NCBI GenBank assembly: GCA_041496385.1
Contig: JBGQEL010000106.1
Location: 1-14,913 of the forward strand
Origin: Candidatus Methylomirabilia bacterium
GTDB taxonomy: Bacteria > Methylomirabilota > Methylomirabilia > Rokubacteriales > CSP1-6
DNA length: 14,913 bases
Direction of reading: 5' to 3'
Part shown: in pieces, positions 1 to 6,926 of the stretch
Numbering within the stretch: position 1 is the stretch's first letter
Layout of the letters: every line of letters starts with the position of its first letter
Program-made: the position numbers and the translations under genes
The notes under the pieces: model-generated
Databases searched by the model: none
What the model saw: the letters and a program-made list of their open reading frames with translations, nothing else
What the model was told of the DNA's origin: nothing

Positions 1-126
1 CATGCGCGTGACCGCCTCGTGCAGCTCCCGGCTCAGCTGATGGTTCAGCGCGTTGAGCTGGTCGGGGCGGTTCAGGGTGAGGATCGCGACGCCTTCCGAC
101 TTCTCGACGAGCACGTGGTCCGCCAT
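1..126 (-). CDS. Enoyl-CoA hydratase/isomerase (crotonase) family protein, N-terminal 42 codons; runs off the window edge
   Basis: Not in the ORF track. Manual translation from ATG (cat at 124-126) gives MADHVLVEKSEGVAILTLNRPDQLNALNHQLSRELHEAVTRM, the typical crotonase N-terminus (V.TLNRP..LNAL). SD GGAGGA on the minus strand at 131-136. Confidence 0.9.
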   Translation of the reverse strand, partial: MADHVLVEKSEGVAILTLNRPDQLNALNHQLSRELHEAVTRM

Positions 127-152
127 GCCTTCCTCCCGCGAGTGGCCTGGTG

Positions 153-159
153 TAGCATA
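153..159. promoter_or_regulatory. Overlapping divergent -10 elements (TAGCAT on +, TATGCT on -), candidate bidirectional promoter
   Basis: The 63-bp intergenic gap between divergent genes has a single AT-rich patch, TAGCATA. It reads as a TANNNT hexamer on both strands. Confidence 0.5.
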
Positions 160-189
160 CGCCGGCCGACCCGCGACGAGGAGGGGCCC

Positions 190-1284
190 ATGGATTACGG
201 CCTGTTCGCGATGCCCTCGCACCCGCCCGAGCGCAGCCTGTACGACGGCCACCAGTGGGACCTCCAGCAGCTCCGCTGGGCGGACGAGCTGGGTTTCAGC
301 GAGGCGTGGATCGGCGAGCATCACACGGCGCCCTGGGAGCCGCATCCGTCCCCCGATCTCCTGGTGGCCCAGGCGCTCATGCAGACCCGGCGCATGCGCA
401 TCGGCCCCGGGGGGTTCCTGCTGCCCTACCACCATCCGGCCGAGCTGGCCAACCGCGTCGCGATGCTCGACCATCTGGCGCAGGGGCGGCTCAACTTCGG
501 CGTGGCCGCGAGCGGGCTGCCGAGCGACTGGGCCATGTTCAACGTCGACGGCACCGCGGGCCAGCACCGCGAGATGACGCGCGAGGCGCTCGACATCATC
601 CTGCGCCTCTGGAGCGACGAGCCCGAGTTCGACTTCAAGGGCAAGTACTGGCACGTCACCAAGACCGGCACGCTGCTCGACACGCTCCGGCCGCACATCA
701 AGCCGTTCCAGAAGCCGCACCCGCCGATCGGCGTGGCCGGCGTGAGCAAGGGCTCCGACACACTGAAGCTCGCCGGTGAGCGCGGCTTCTGGCCGATGAG
801 CCTGAACCTGAACCCCACCTACGTCGCGAGCCACTGGGAGTCGGTCGAGCAGGGCGCGGCGCGGAGCGGGCGGACGCCCAAGCGCAGCGACTGGCGTCTG
901 GTCCGCGAGGTGTTCATCGCCGACACCGACGCCGAGGCCCTGCGGCTCTCCGTCGGCGGCATGATGGGCCGCATGATGACGGAGTACTTCCTGCCGCTGC
1001 TCGCGTCCTTCCAGTTCACCGAGTTCCTGAAGCACCGGCCGGACGTCCCCGACGGGGACGTGACGCCCGAGTACTGCGCCCGGCACAACTGGCTGGTGGG
1101 CTCGCCGGCCACGGTGGTCGAGAAGCTCCACGCGATCTACGAGGAGGTCGGGGGCTTCGGCACGCTGCTCCTCTTCTGCTTCGACTACTCGGAGAACCCG
1201 CAGGCCTGGCGCCACTCGCTGGAGCTCCTGGCGCGCGAGGTCATGCCGAAGTTCAAGAGCCTGGTGCCGAAGGACGCGCGCTGA
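190..1284 (+). CDS. LLM-class (bacterial luciferase-like) flavin-dependent monooxygenase, 364 aa
   Basis: ATG at 190 follows GAGGAGGGG. Motifs ADELGF..AWIGEHH, LLPYHHPAELANRVAMLDHLAQGRLNFGV, KPFQKPHPPI, WLVGSP.TV and LELLAREVMP. Confidence 0.93.
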   Translation: MDYGLFAMPSHPPERSLYDGHQWDLQQLRWADELGFSEAWIGEHHTAPWEPHPSPDLLVAQALMQTRRMRIGPGGFLLPYHHPAELANRVAMLDHLAQGRLNFGVAASGLPSDWAMFNVDGTAGQHREMTREALDIILRLWSDEPEFDFKGKYWHVTKTGTLLDTLRPHIKPFQKPHPPIGVAGVSKGSDTLKLAGERGFWPMSLNLNPTYVASHWESVEQGAARSGRTPKRSDWRLVREVFIADTDAEALRLSVGGMMGRMMTEYFLPLLASFQFTEFLKHRPDVPDGDVTPEYCARHNWLVGSPATVVEKLHAIYEEVGGFGTLLLFCFDYSENPQAWRHSLELLAREVMPKFKSLVPKDAR

Positions 1285-1285
1285 C

Positions 1286-2167
1286 GTGCTGACCCGCGTC
1301 GATCACGTCATGATCTGCGTCCCGGATCTCGACGCGGGCATCGACGCCTACACGCGCATCGGCTTCAACGTCTATCCCGGCGGGAGCCATACCGGCAGGG
1401 CGACCCGCAACGCCATCGCGTTCCACGGAGAGGACTACCTGGAGCTGTTGAGCTTTCGCGAGGACCGCCCCGCGGCGCCGGACCCCGGCGGCTCGGACGC
1501 CCGGCTCGCCGAGTTCCTGTCGCGGGGCGGCGGCTTCCGCTACGTCGCCGTGCAGAGCGACGACCTGGCGGCCGACGTCGCGGCGATGCGGCGGCGCGGT
1601 GTCGACGTCGCCGACGTCACGGGCGGCGCGCGCCGGACCCCGGCCGGCCGGGAGCTGCGCTGGAAATCGGCGGCCCTCGGCGCGAAGAACCCGCTGCCCG
1701 TCTTCTTCATCCAGCACCTCACACCGCTCGAGGAGCGCGGGAGGCAGGTGCCGCGCGCCGGCGAGCATCCCAACGGCGTGCTGCGCGCGGACCGCGTGTA
1801 CATCGTCGTGCCGGACCTCGCCGCGGTCCTCGAGACCTACGGCCGCGTGCTCGGCATGCCGGTGCCCAAGATCCAGCGCGGCGCGGTCATCAAGGCGGAC
1901 ATGGCGGTGTTCGATCTGGGACCGACGGGCCTGACCGTCGCGCAGCCCGCGGAGCCCGGTCCCGCCGCCGAGGCGCTCGCCCGGCGCGGGCCCGGCCCCT
2001 TCCAGGTGCTCTACCGCACGAGCAGCATGGACGCCGCGGCGCGCTTCATGGCCAGCCGCGGCGTGCCACCGCCGGCGCGCGGCATCCGCAACACCGGCGA
2101 GCAGGCGATGCTCGTGGGGCCGGAGCAGGCGTGCGGTGCCTATATCGGCTTCGTCGGTCCGGCGTGA
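1286..2167 (+). CDS. VOC/glyoxalase-like family protein with two domains (Glyoxalase_3-like)
   Basis: GTG start 1 nt after the upstream stop. RVDHVMICVPDLDA, GGSH...T.NAI....YLELL, P.FFIQH, and a second repeat DRVYIVVPDL. Confidence 0.88.
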   Translation: MLTRVDHVMICVPDLDAGIDAYTRIGFNVYPGGSHTGRATRNAIAFHGEDYLELLSFREDRPAAPDPGGSDARLAEFLSRGGGFRYVAVQSDDLAADVAAMRRRGVDVADVTGGARRTPAGRELRWKSAALGAKNPLPVFFIQHLTPLEERGRQVPRAGEHPNGVLRADRVYIVVPDLAAVLETYGRVLGMPVPKIQRGAVIKADMAVFDLGPTGLTVAQPAEPGPAAEALARRGPGPFQVLYRTSSMDAAARFMASRGVPPPARGIRNTGEQAMLVGPEQACGAYIGFVGPA

Positions 2168-2203
2168 GACGCCCGAGTCGAAATTGACAGCGGAGGACGA
2201 CAC

Positions 2204-2749
2204 ATGGCAAGGCTGACGCTCATCACCAGCAAGGATCAGGTGCCCGCCAAGGACCAGGCCACCGTGGACGCCATCGTCCAGAGCCGCGGTGCGCTCCACG
2301 GGCCGTTCACGATCTTCCTCCACTGCCCCGAGCTGGCCGGCCGCGTCGCGCACCTCGGCGCCTTCGTCCGCTTCGAGGGCGCGCTCGACATGCGCGTGCG
2401 CGTGCTCGCCGCGATGACCGTCGCGCGAGAGCTCGACGCGGTCTACGTCTGGGGCGCCCAGACGGGCGGCGCGCGCAAGCTGGGTGTGCCGGAGGCGACG
2501 ATTACCGCTATCCGCGAGAAGCACTCGCGCGGCATTCCGCCCGAGGACGCGCAGATCGTCGAGTTCACGCGGCGGCTCGTGCAGACGCATCGGGTGGACG
2601 ACGCGAGCGTCAAGGCGCTCCGCGCACGGTTCGGCAACGACGGCTTCATCCAGCTCACGGGGACCATCGGGTACTACAGCATGCTGGCGATGACGGTGAA
2701 CGCCTGCGAGCTCGAGACGGGCCCGGGCGCCGAAGTCCTCGCGGTGTAG
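2204..2749 (+). CDS. Carboxymuconolactone decarboxylase (CMD/AhpD-like) family protein
   Basis: SD GGAGG. Pattern RG...GPF..LH.PELA.....G..VRF...L..R..LA...VARE, and C-terminal L....G......L...IGYY. Confidence 0.85.
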   Translation: MARLTLITSKDQVPAKDQATVDAIVQSRGALHGPFTIFLHCPELAGRVAHLGAFVRFEGALDMRVRVLAAMTVARELDAVYVWGAQTGGARKLGVPEATITAIREKHSRGIPPEDAQIVEFTRRLVQTHRVDDASVKALRARFGNDGFIQLTGTIGYYSMLAMTVNACELETGPGAEVLAV

Positions 2750-2757
2750 GGCGCGCC

Positions 2758-3597
2758 ATGCTGATCGTCGACGCGCAGGTCCACATCTGGAGCAGCGGCA
2801 AGCCGACCAACCCCAACCACCGCCAGGTCCCGGTCTTCTCCAAGGACGACCTCCTGAAGGAGATGGACGACGCGGGCGTGGACGCGGCGCTGATCCATCC
2901 GCCGGCGTCCTGGGACCCCAGCTCCAACGAGCTCGCGGTCGAGGCGGCGCGCCAGCACCCCGACCGGCTCGCGATCCTGGGGAACTTTCCGCTCGATCGT
3001 CCCGAGAGCCGCGCGCTGATCGACGGCTGGAAGCAGCGGCCGGGGATGCTCGGTCTGCGGTTCGCGCTCCTGCAGCCGCACCAGAAGACGTGGCCGACGG
3101 ACGGGACCATGGACTGGCTCTGGCCCGCGGCCGAGCGCGCCGGTATCCCAATCGCCCTCCTTGCGGCGACCTTCATGCCGGTCGTCGGCCAGGTCGCCGA
3201 GCGACATCCGAAGCTCAAGTTGATCGTCGATCACCTGGGCCGGCCCTCGGGCACGAAGGACGACGCGGCCTGGGCGAGCCTCCCGGAGATGCTCGCGCTC
3301 GCAAAGCACGCCAACGTCGCGATCAAGGCCACCGGCGCGCCGAGCTATTCGAGCGAGGTCTATCCGTACCGCAACATCCACGGGCACCTCCGCCGGATCT
3401 ACGACGCGTTCGGCCCCGAGCGAATGTTCTGGGGCACCGACATCACGCGCATGCCCTGCTCCTGGCGGCAGTGCATCACCCTGTTCACGGAGGAGCTGCC
3501 GTGGCTGTCGGGTCGCGACCAGGAGCTGGTCATGGGGCACGCCCTCTGCGCGTGGATCGGCTGGAACCTACCGCGGTCACCCGGGCTGCCGCGATGA
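2758..3597 (+). CDS. Amidohydrolase family protein (Amidohydro_2; lactonase/decarboxylase-like)
   Basis: IVDAQVHIW, GLRF, LIVDHLG, NVAIK, AFGPERMFWGTD motifs of the TIM-barrel amidohydrolase superfamily. Confidence 0.9.
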   Translation: MLIVDAQVHIWSSGKPTNPNHRQVPVFSKDDLLKEMDDAGVDAALIHPPASWDPSSNELAVEAARQHPDRLAILGNFPLDRPESRALIDGWKQRPGMLGLRFALLQPHQKTWPTDGTMDWLWPAAERAGIPIALLAATFMPVVGQVAERHPKLKLIVDHLGRPSGTKDDAAWASLPEMLALAKHANVAIKATGAPSYSSEVYPYRNIHGHLRRIYDAFGPERMFWGTDITRMPCSWRQCITLFTEELPWLSGRDQELVMGHALCAWIGWNLPRSPGLPR

Positions 3598-4589
3598 AAG
3601 CGGTCCTGATCGACCGGTACGGGCCGCCCGAGGAGGTCGCGCGCTGCGCCGAGGTGCCGGACGTCGGCGCGCCGGACGTCGGCGAGGTCGTGTTCGACGT
3701 GCTCGCCTTTCCGATCAACCCCGCCGACGTCTCGTTCTGCCGGGGCACCTATCGTCTGCGACCCGCGCTGCCGGCCACGCCCGGCGCCGAGTGCATCGGC
3801 CGCGTCACGGCGGTCGGCGCCGGCGTGTCGCACGTGAGGCCCGGCGAGCTTGTCATCAACCTGCAGCGCGAGAACTGGGCGCAGCGGCGGCGCGTGAAGG
3901 GCGACGACGTCATCGGGATCCCGCCGGCGCTCGACGTGCTCCAGGGCGCCATGCTCCGCATCAACCCGCCGACGGCCCTCCTGCTGCTCTCCGACGTCGT
4001 CCCACTGAAACCCGGCGACTGGATCGTCCAGAACGTCGCCAACTCGGCCGTCGGCCGCCAGGTGATCGTGCTCGCCCGCGCGCGCGGCGTGCGGACCCTG
4101 AACGTCGTGCGGCGCGAGTCGCTCTTCGCCGAACTGAAGGCGCTCGGCGCCGACGCGTGCGCCGTCGACGGCCCCGGGCTCGCCGCGAGGGTGCAGGCGC
4201 TCATCGGTGACGGCGCGGTCCGCCTCGGTCTCGACGCGGTGTCGGGCGGGGCGACGGCCCGGCTCTCGTCCTGCGTCGGCGACGGCGGCGTCGTCTGCAA
4301 CTACGGCTCGATGAGCGGCGACGATCCAATCATGCCGCGCGGCGCGCTGATCTCGGGCGGACAGACGCTGGTCGGGTTCATCCTCGGCCGCGCCCTGGCC
4401 ACACGCTCGCTGGCACAGATCCGGGCGATCTACGCCGATCTCGGCGAGCAGGTGCTGAAGGGCCGGCTGTCGGCGCCCGTCGAGAAGGTCTACCCCATCG
4501 AGGAGATCAAGGCCGCCCTGGCGCACGCGCAGCGGGGCGAGCGCGGCGGGAAGATCCTCGTGGCGCCGAACGGGCCGATCTCCCGGTAG
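3594..4589 (+). CDS. Zinc-independent medium-chain reductase, 2-enoyl-thioester reductase (ETR/MECR)-like, 331 aa
   Basis: ATG at 3594 overlaps the upstream TGA (ATGA). PINPAD, G.Y...P.LPATPG.E, A.L.INP.TA, QN.ANSAVG and YG.MSG match the ETR-like MDR subfamily. Confidence 0.9.
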   Translation: MKAVLIDRYGPPEEVARCAEVPDVGAPDVGEVVFDVLAFPINPADVSFCRGTYRLRPALPATPGAECIGRVTAVGAGVSHVRPGELVINLQRENWAQRRRVKGDDVIGIPPALDVLQGAMLRINPPTALLLLSDVVPLKPGDWIVQNVANSAVGRQVIVLARARGVRTLNVVRRESLFAELKALGADACAVDGPGLAARVQALIGDGAVRLGLDAVSGGATARLSSCVGDGGVVCNYGSMSGDDPIMPRGALISGGQTLVGFILGRALATRSLAQIRAIYADLGEQVLKGRLSAPVEKVYPIEEIKAALAHAQRGERGGKILVAPNGPISR

Positions 4590-4605
4590 CAGACACCCCG
4601 CCGCG

Positions 4606-4642
4606 CGCGCGTTTCTCAGTCTTGAGACGTCAGAAACGCGCG
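4606..4642. promoter_or_regulatory. Nested palindromes: 11-bp inverted repeat (CGCGCGTTTCT/AGAAACGCGCG) overlapping TCTCA-N4-TGAGA; terminator-like hairpin and/or upstream activator site
   Basis: Arms at 4606-4616 and 4632-4642. Inner dyad TCTCA 4614-4618 and TGAGA 4623-4627. Lies 16 nt after the operon stop and about 150 bp upstream of a sigma54-like promoter. Confidence 0.55.
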
Positions 4643-4775
4643 ACTGTCACTGTCACGGGACGTGTTCGACGTGACGGGCGCACTTCACCGGACACGCTCG
4701 ACCGATTCGCCGCGACGGCTCGGGTCCCTGCGATTTGGGGAATTTGGAGCGCGCTGACCGGCCACGAGCGCTGCC

Positions 4776-4791
4776 TGGCACCCGCCGTGCA
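4776..4791 (+). promoter_or_regulatory. Sigma54 (RpoN)-type -24/-12 promoter
   Basis: TGGCAC-CCGCC-GTGCA: GG at 4777-4778 and GC at 4789-4790, with the exact GG-N10-GC spacing and one mismatch to TGGCAC-N5-TTGCW. Predicted TSS near 4802. Confidence 0.65.
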
Positions 4792-4803
4792 CCGATGCCC
4801 ACC

Positions 4804-5544
4804 ATGTCGACCAGGCGCAGGATCCTCGTCATCATGGCCTTCGTCCTCGCGGCGCTCCCCACCCTCGCCCTCGCCACGATCGTGAAGGACACCATGCGGA
4901 TCTTCACGGGGCAGGTCGGCATCGGGGGCACCGATCCGGCGATCGCGCGCCTCGATGTCCGCGGGGACACGGACACCAGAATCCGGATCGACGGAAGCGC
5001 CACCTCGGGACTTTCGTTCACGCGCGCGGGCGCCGATTCGGGGACCCTCCGATCGACGGGCGCGGGTCTCGAGCTCTGGACGAGCAACGGCGCGCTGGCG
5101 CTCACCCTCGCGGGCACCGGCGCCCATTTTCTCGGCGACGTGCAGGTGGACGGCAACATCGGGGCGAAGTTCCAGGACGTCGCGGAGTGGGTTCCGGGGC
5201 CCGCCTTGCCCCCGGGGACGGTCGTCGTCGCGCACGGCTCGAACCGCGCCATGGCCAGCGACAAGGCCTACGACACGCGCGTGATCGGCGTCGTCTCCGA
5301 CCGGCCCGCGGTCCTGCTCGGCGAGCGGGGGGCGGACACGATCAAGGTGGCCCACAGTGGCCGTGTCCGGGTCAAGGTCGTGGCGCCGGTGGCCACGGGC
5401 GACCTCCTGGTGTCGAGCTCCCATCCGGGTCTCGCGATGCGCTCGGCGCCGCACCAGGTCAGGCCCGGGACGATCCTCGGGAAAGCGCTGGAGTCCCTGG
5501 AGCAGGGCCACGGTGCGATCCTGATGCTCGTGACGCTGCAGTAG
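4804..5544 (+). CDS. Secreted tail-fibre/tailspike-like protein with C-terminal Peptidase G2-like intramolecular chaperone domain, 246 aa
   Basis: Sec signal MSTRRRILVIMAFVLAALPTLALA. GQVGIGGTDP resembles the GNVGIGT..P beta-fibre motif. DVAEW...G.VV...VIGVVS...LLG...V...GRV.V resembles the phi29 gp12-type autocleavage domain. ATG 4795 is an alternative start. Confidence 0.7.
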   Translation: MSTRRRILVIMAFVLAALPTLALATIVKDTMRIFTGQVGIGGTDPAIARLDVRGDTDTRIRIDGSATSGLSFTRAGADSGTLRSTGAGLELWTSNGALALTLAGTGAHFLGDVQVDGNIGAKFQDVAEWVPGPALPPGTVVVAHGSNRAMASDKAYDTRVIGVVSDRPAVLLGERGADTIKVAHSGRVRVKVVAPVATGDLLVSSSHPGLAMRSAPHQVRPGTILGKALESLEQGHGAILMLVTLQ

Positions 5545-5559
5545 ACGACGACGGCTTCA

Positions 5560-5588
5560 CGGCGCGCGTCGCCCGCCGGCGCGCGCCG
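5560..5588 (+). terminator. GC-rich hairpin after the spike-like gene (no U-tract)
   Basis: CGGCGCGCG 5560-5568 pairs with CGCGCGCCG 5580-5588, 15 nt after the stop. Confidence 0.35.
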
Positions 5589-5613
5589 CCTTCCGCGCTC
5601 GCCCAGCCGCACC

Positions 5614-5642
5614 TTGACTCGGCGCCCCACCGGGCGCAGCAT
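5614..5642 (+). promoter_or_regulatory. Sigma70-type promoter for the E1 alpha gene
   Basis: TTGACT (5614-5619), 17-nt spacer, CAGCAT (5637-5642). Confidence 0.55.
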
Positions 5643-5697
5643 CACGCGAAACCCGGTCGACGCGCTGCGAACCGGACGGCGCCGAGGGACATGGCCA

Positions 5698-6681
5698 ATG
5701 ACGACCCAGACGATCGAGCCGCGGATGGAGCTGGAGCAGAACCTTCACCTCTACCGCCAGATGGCGAAGATCCGCGCCTTCGAGGAGCAGGTGAACGAGC
5801 TCTACAAGGGCGCGAAGATGCCCGGCCTGGCGCACCTTTATATAGGCGAGGAGGGCGTGGCGGTCGGCGTCTGCGAGGCCCTGCGCCGCGACGACTTCAT
5901 CACGAGCACGCATCGCGGGCACGGCCACTGCCTGGCCAAGGGCGCCTCGGTCAACCGGATGTTCGCGGAGCTGCTCGGCAAGGAGGCAGGCTACTGCCGC
6001 GGCAAGGGCGGCTCGATGCACATCGCCGATCCCGAGACGGGCAACCTCGGCGCCAACGCCATCGTCGGCGGCTCCGCCGGCATCGCCACGGGCGCCGCGC
6101 TGTCGGCGAAGATGCGGGGCACCGGCCAGGTCGCCGTGTGCTTCTTCGGCGACGGCGCGCTGGGCCAGGGGCTGCTCTACGAGACCATGAACATGGCCGC
6201 GCTCTGGAAGCTGCCGGTCATCTACGTCTGCGAGAACAACCTCTACGGCGAGTACACGCCCTGCGACGAGACCATCGCCGGCGAGGTCCTTGCGCGCGCC
6301 CGCGCCTTCGGCATCCGGGCCGAGACCGTCGACGGCCAGGACGTGCAGGCGGTCAACGCGATCATGCGCACGCTGGTCGAGCGCGCGCGCCGCGGCGAGG
6401 GCCCGGCCTTTCTCGAGTGCAAGACCTACCGCTACCACGGCCACCACGTCGGCGACGTCAACCGCGAGTACCGCACGCGCGAGGAAGAGCGCGAGTGGAT
6501 GACAAAGCACGATCCGCTGGAGACGCTGGCCTCACGGCTGACCGCGCAGCGGCTCGCCGACGCGAGCGTGTTCGAGCGGATCCAGACCGACGTGAAGGCG
6601 GAGATCGAGACCGGCGTGCAGTTCGCGCTGGCCGCGCCCTACCCCGCGGCGAGCCAGGTCGACGAAGACGTCTACGCCTGA
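5698..6681 (+). CDS. Thiamine-pyrophosphate-dependent dehydrogenase E1 alpha subunit (acetoin/pyruvate dehydrogenase-like), 327 aa
   Basis: HLYIGEE, STHRGHGH, GKGGSMH, TPP-binding FFGDGA...ENN and TYRYHGH. ATG 5698 with GAGGG 9 nt upstream. Confidence 0.93.
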   Translation: MTTQTIEPRMELEQNLHLYRQMAKIRAFEEQVNELYKGAKMPGLAHLYIGEEGVAVGVCEALRRDDFITSTHRGHGHCLAKGASVNRMFAELLGKEAGYCRGKGGSMHIADPETGNLGANAIVGGSAGIATGAALSAKMRGTGQVAVCFFGDGALGQGLLYETMNMAALWKLPVIYVCENNLYGEYTPCDETIAGEVLARARAFGIRAETVDGQDVQAVNAIMRTLVERARRGEGPAFLECKTYRYHGHHVGDVNREYRTREEEREWMTKHDPLETLASRLTAQRLADASVFERIQTDVKAEIETGVQFALAAPYPAASQVDEDVYA

Positions 6682-6702
6682 CGCGGCGGCCGCCCCGCCG
6701 CG
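6682..6702. terminator. 8-bp GC hairpin between convergent stops
   Basis: CGCGGCGG 6682-6689 and CCGCCGCG 6695-6702 with a 5-nt loop; no U-tract. Confidence 0.4.
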
Positions 6703-6705
6703 CGA

Positions 6706-6869
6706 TCAGATCGCGCCGTCCGCTGCGAGCGCTTCGATCTCGCCGTCGCCGTAGCCCAACTCGCTCAGGATCTCGCGCCGGTGCTGGCTCCTCCACCTTG
6801 ATGACGTCCGCGCCCAGCCACGCCAGCATCTGGCCGCAGGAGGGGCCCGCCCGTCAGCGCCGTGCTCAT
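6706..6869 (-). pseudogene. Collapsed CaiB/BaiF (class III, formyl-CoA transferase-like) CoA-transferase remnant: N- and C-termini only
   Basis: Minus strand reads MSTALTG, then after a frameshift AGPSCGQMLAWLGADVIKVEEP, then after a second frameshift QHRREILSELGYGDGEIEALAADGAI-stop. These are the first and last conserved blocks of a ~400-aa family. Confidence 0.85.
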
Positions 6870-6876
6870 CGCGGAG

Positions 6877-6896
6877 ATTCTAGCCTGCCGTACAAT
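6877..6896. promoter_or_regulatory. Divergent -10 elements: TAGAAT (- strand, 6877-6882; leaderless for the pseudogene) and TACAAT (+ strand, 6891-6896; for the dioxygenase)
   Basis: Both hexamers match TATAAT at 5/6 and sit in a 57-bp divergent gap. TAGAAT is 7 nt from the pseudogene ATG. On + an SD AAGGGAGG follows. Confidence 0.6.
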
Positions 6897-6926
6897 ACCG
6901 CCAGCCACGTAAGGGAGGCCGCGCCC

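Noticed and set aside
19..189. N-terminal extension of the LLM ORF (start at 19)
   Set aside because: It overlaps the minus-strand crotonase gene. The family-like sequence and a strong SD begin at ATG 190.
3090..3593. N-terminal extension of the MDR reductase
   Set aside because: It is a shadow frame over the amidohydrolase. The ATGA overlap at 3594 and the MKAV start fit the family.
4644..4656. CTGTCACTGTCAC as a Pho box
   Set aside because: The repeat period is 6 nt rather than the 11 nt required for PhoB-type boxes.
4804..5544. Prophage remnant
   Set aside because: There are no other phage genes, integrase or att-like repeats, and the protein has a Sec signal and host-like codon usage.
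5187..6926. 889-aa ORF suggesting a large fusion to the dioxygenase
   Set aside because: The upstream part is an Arg/Gly/Ala-rich off-frame shadow of the spike and E1 alpha genes. The dioxygenase has its own -10, SD and ATG at 6927.
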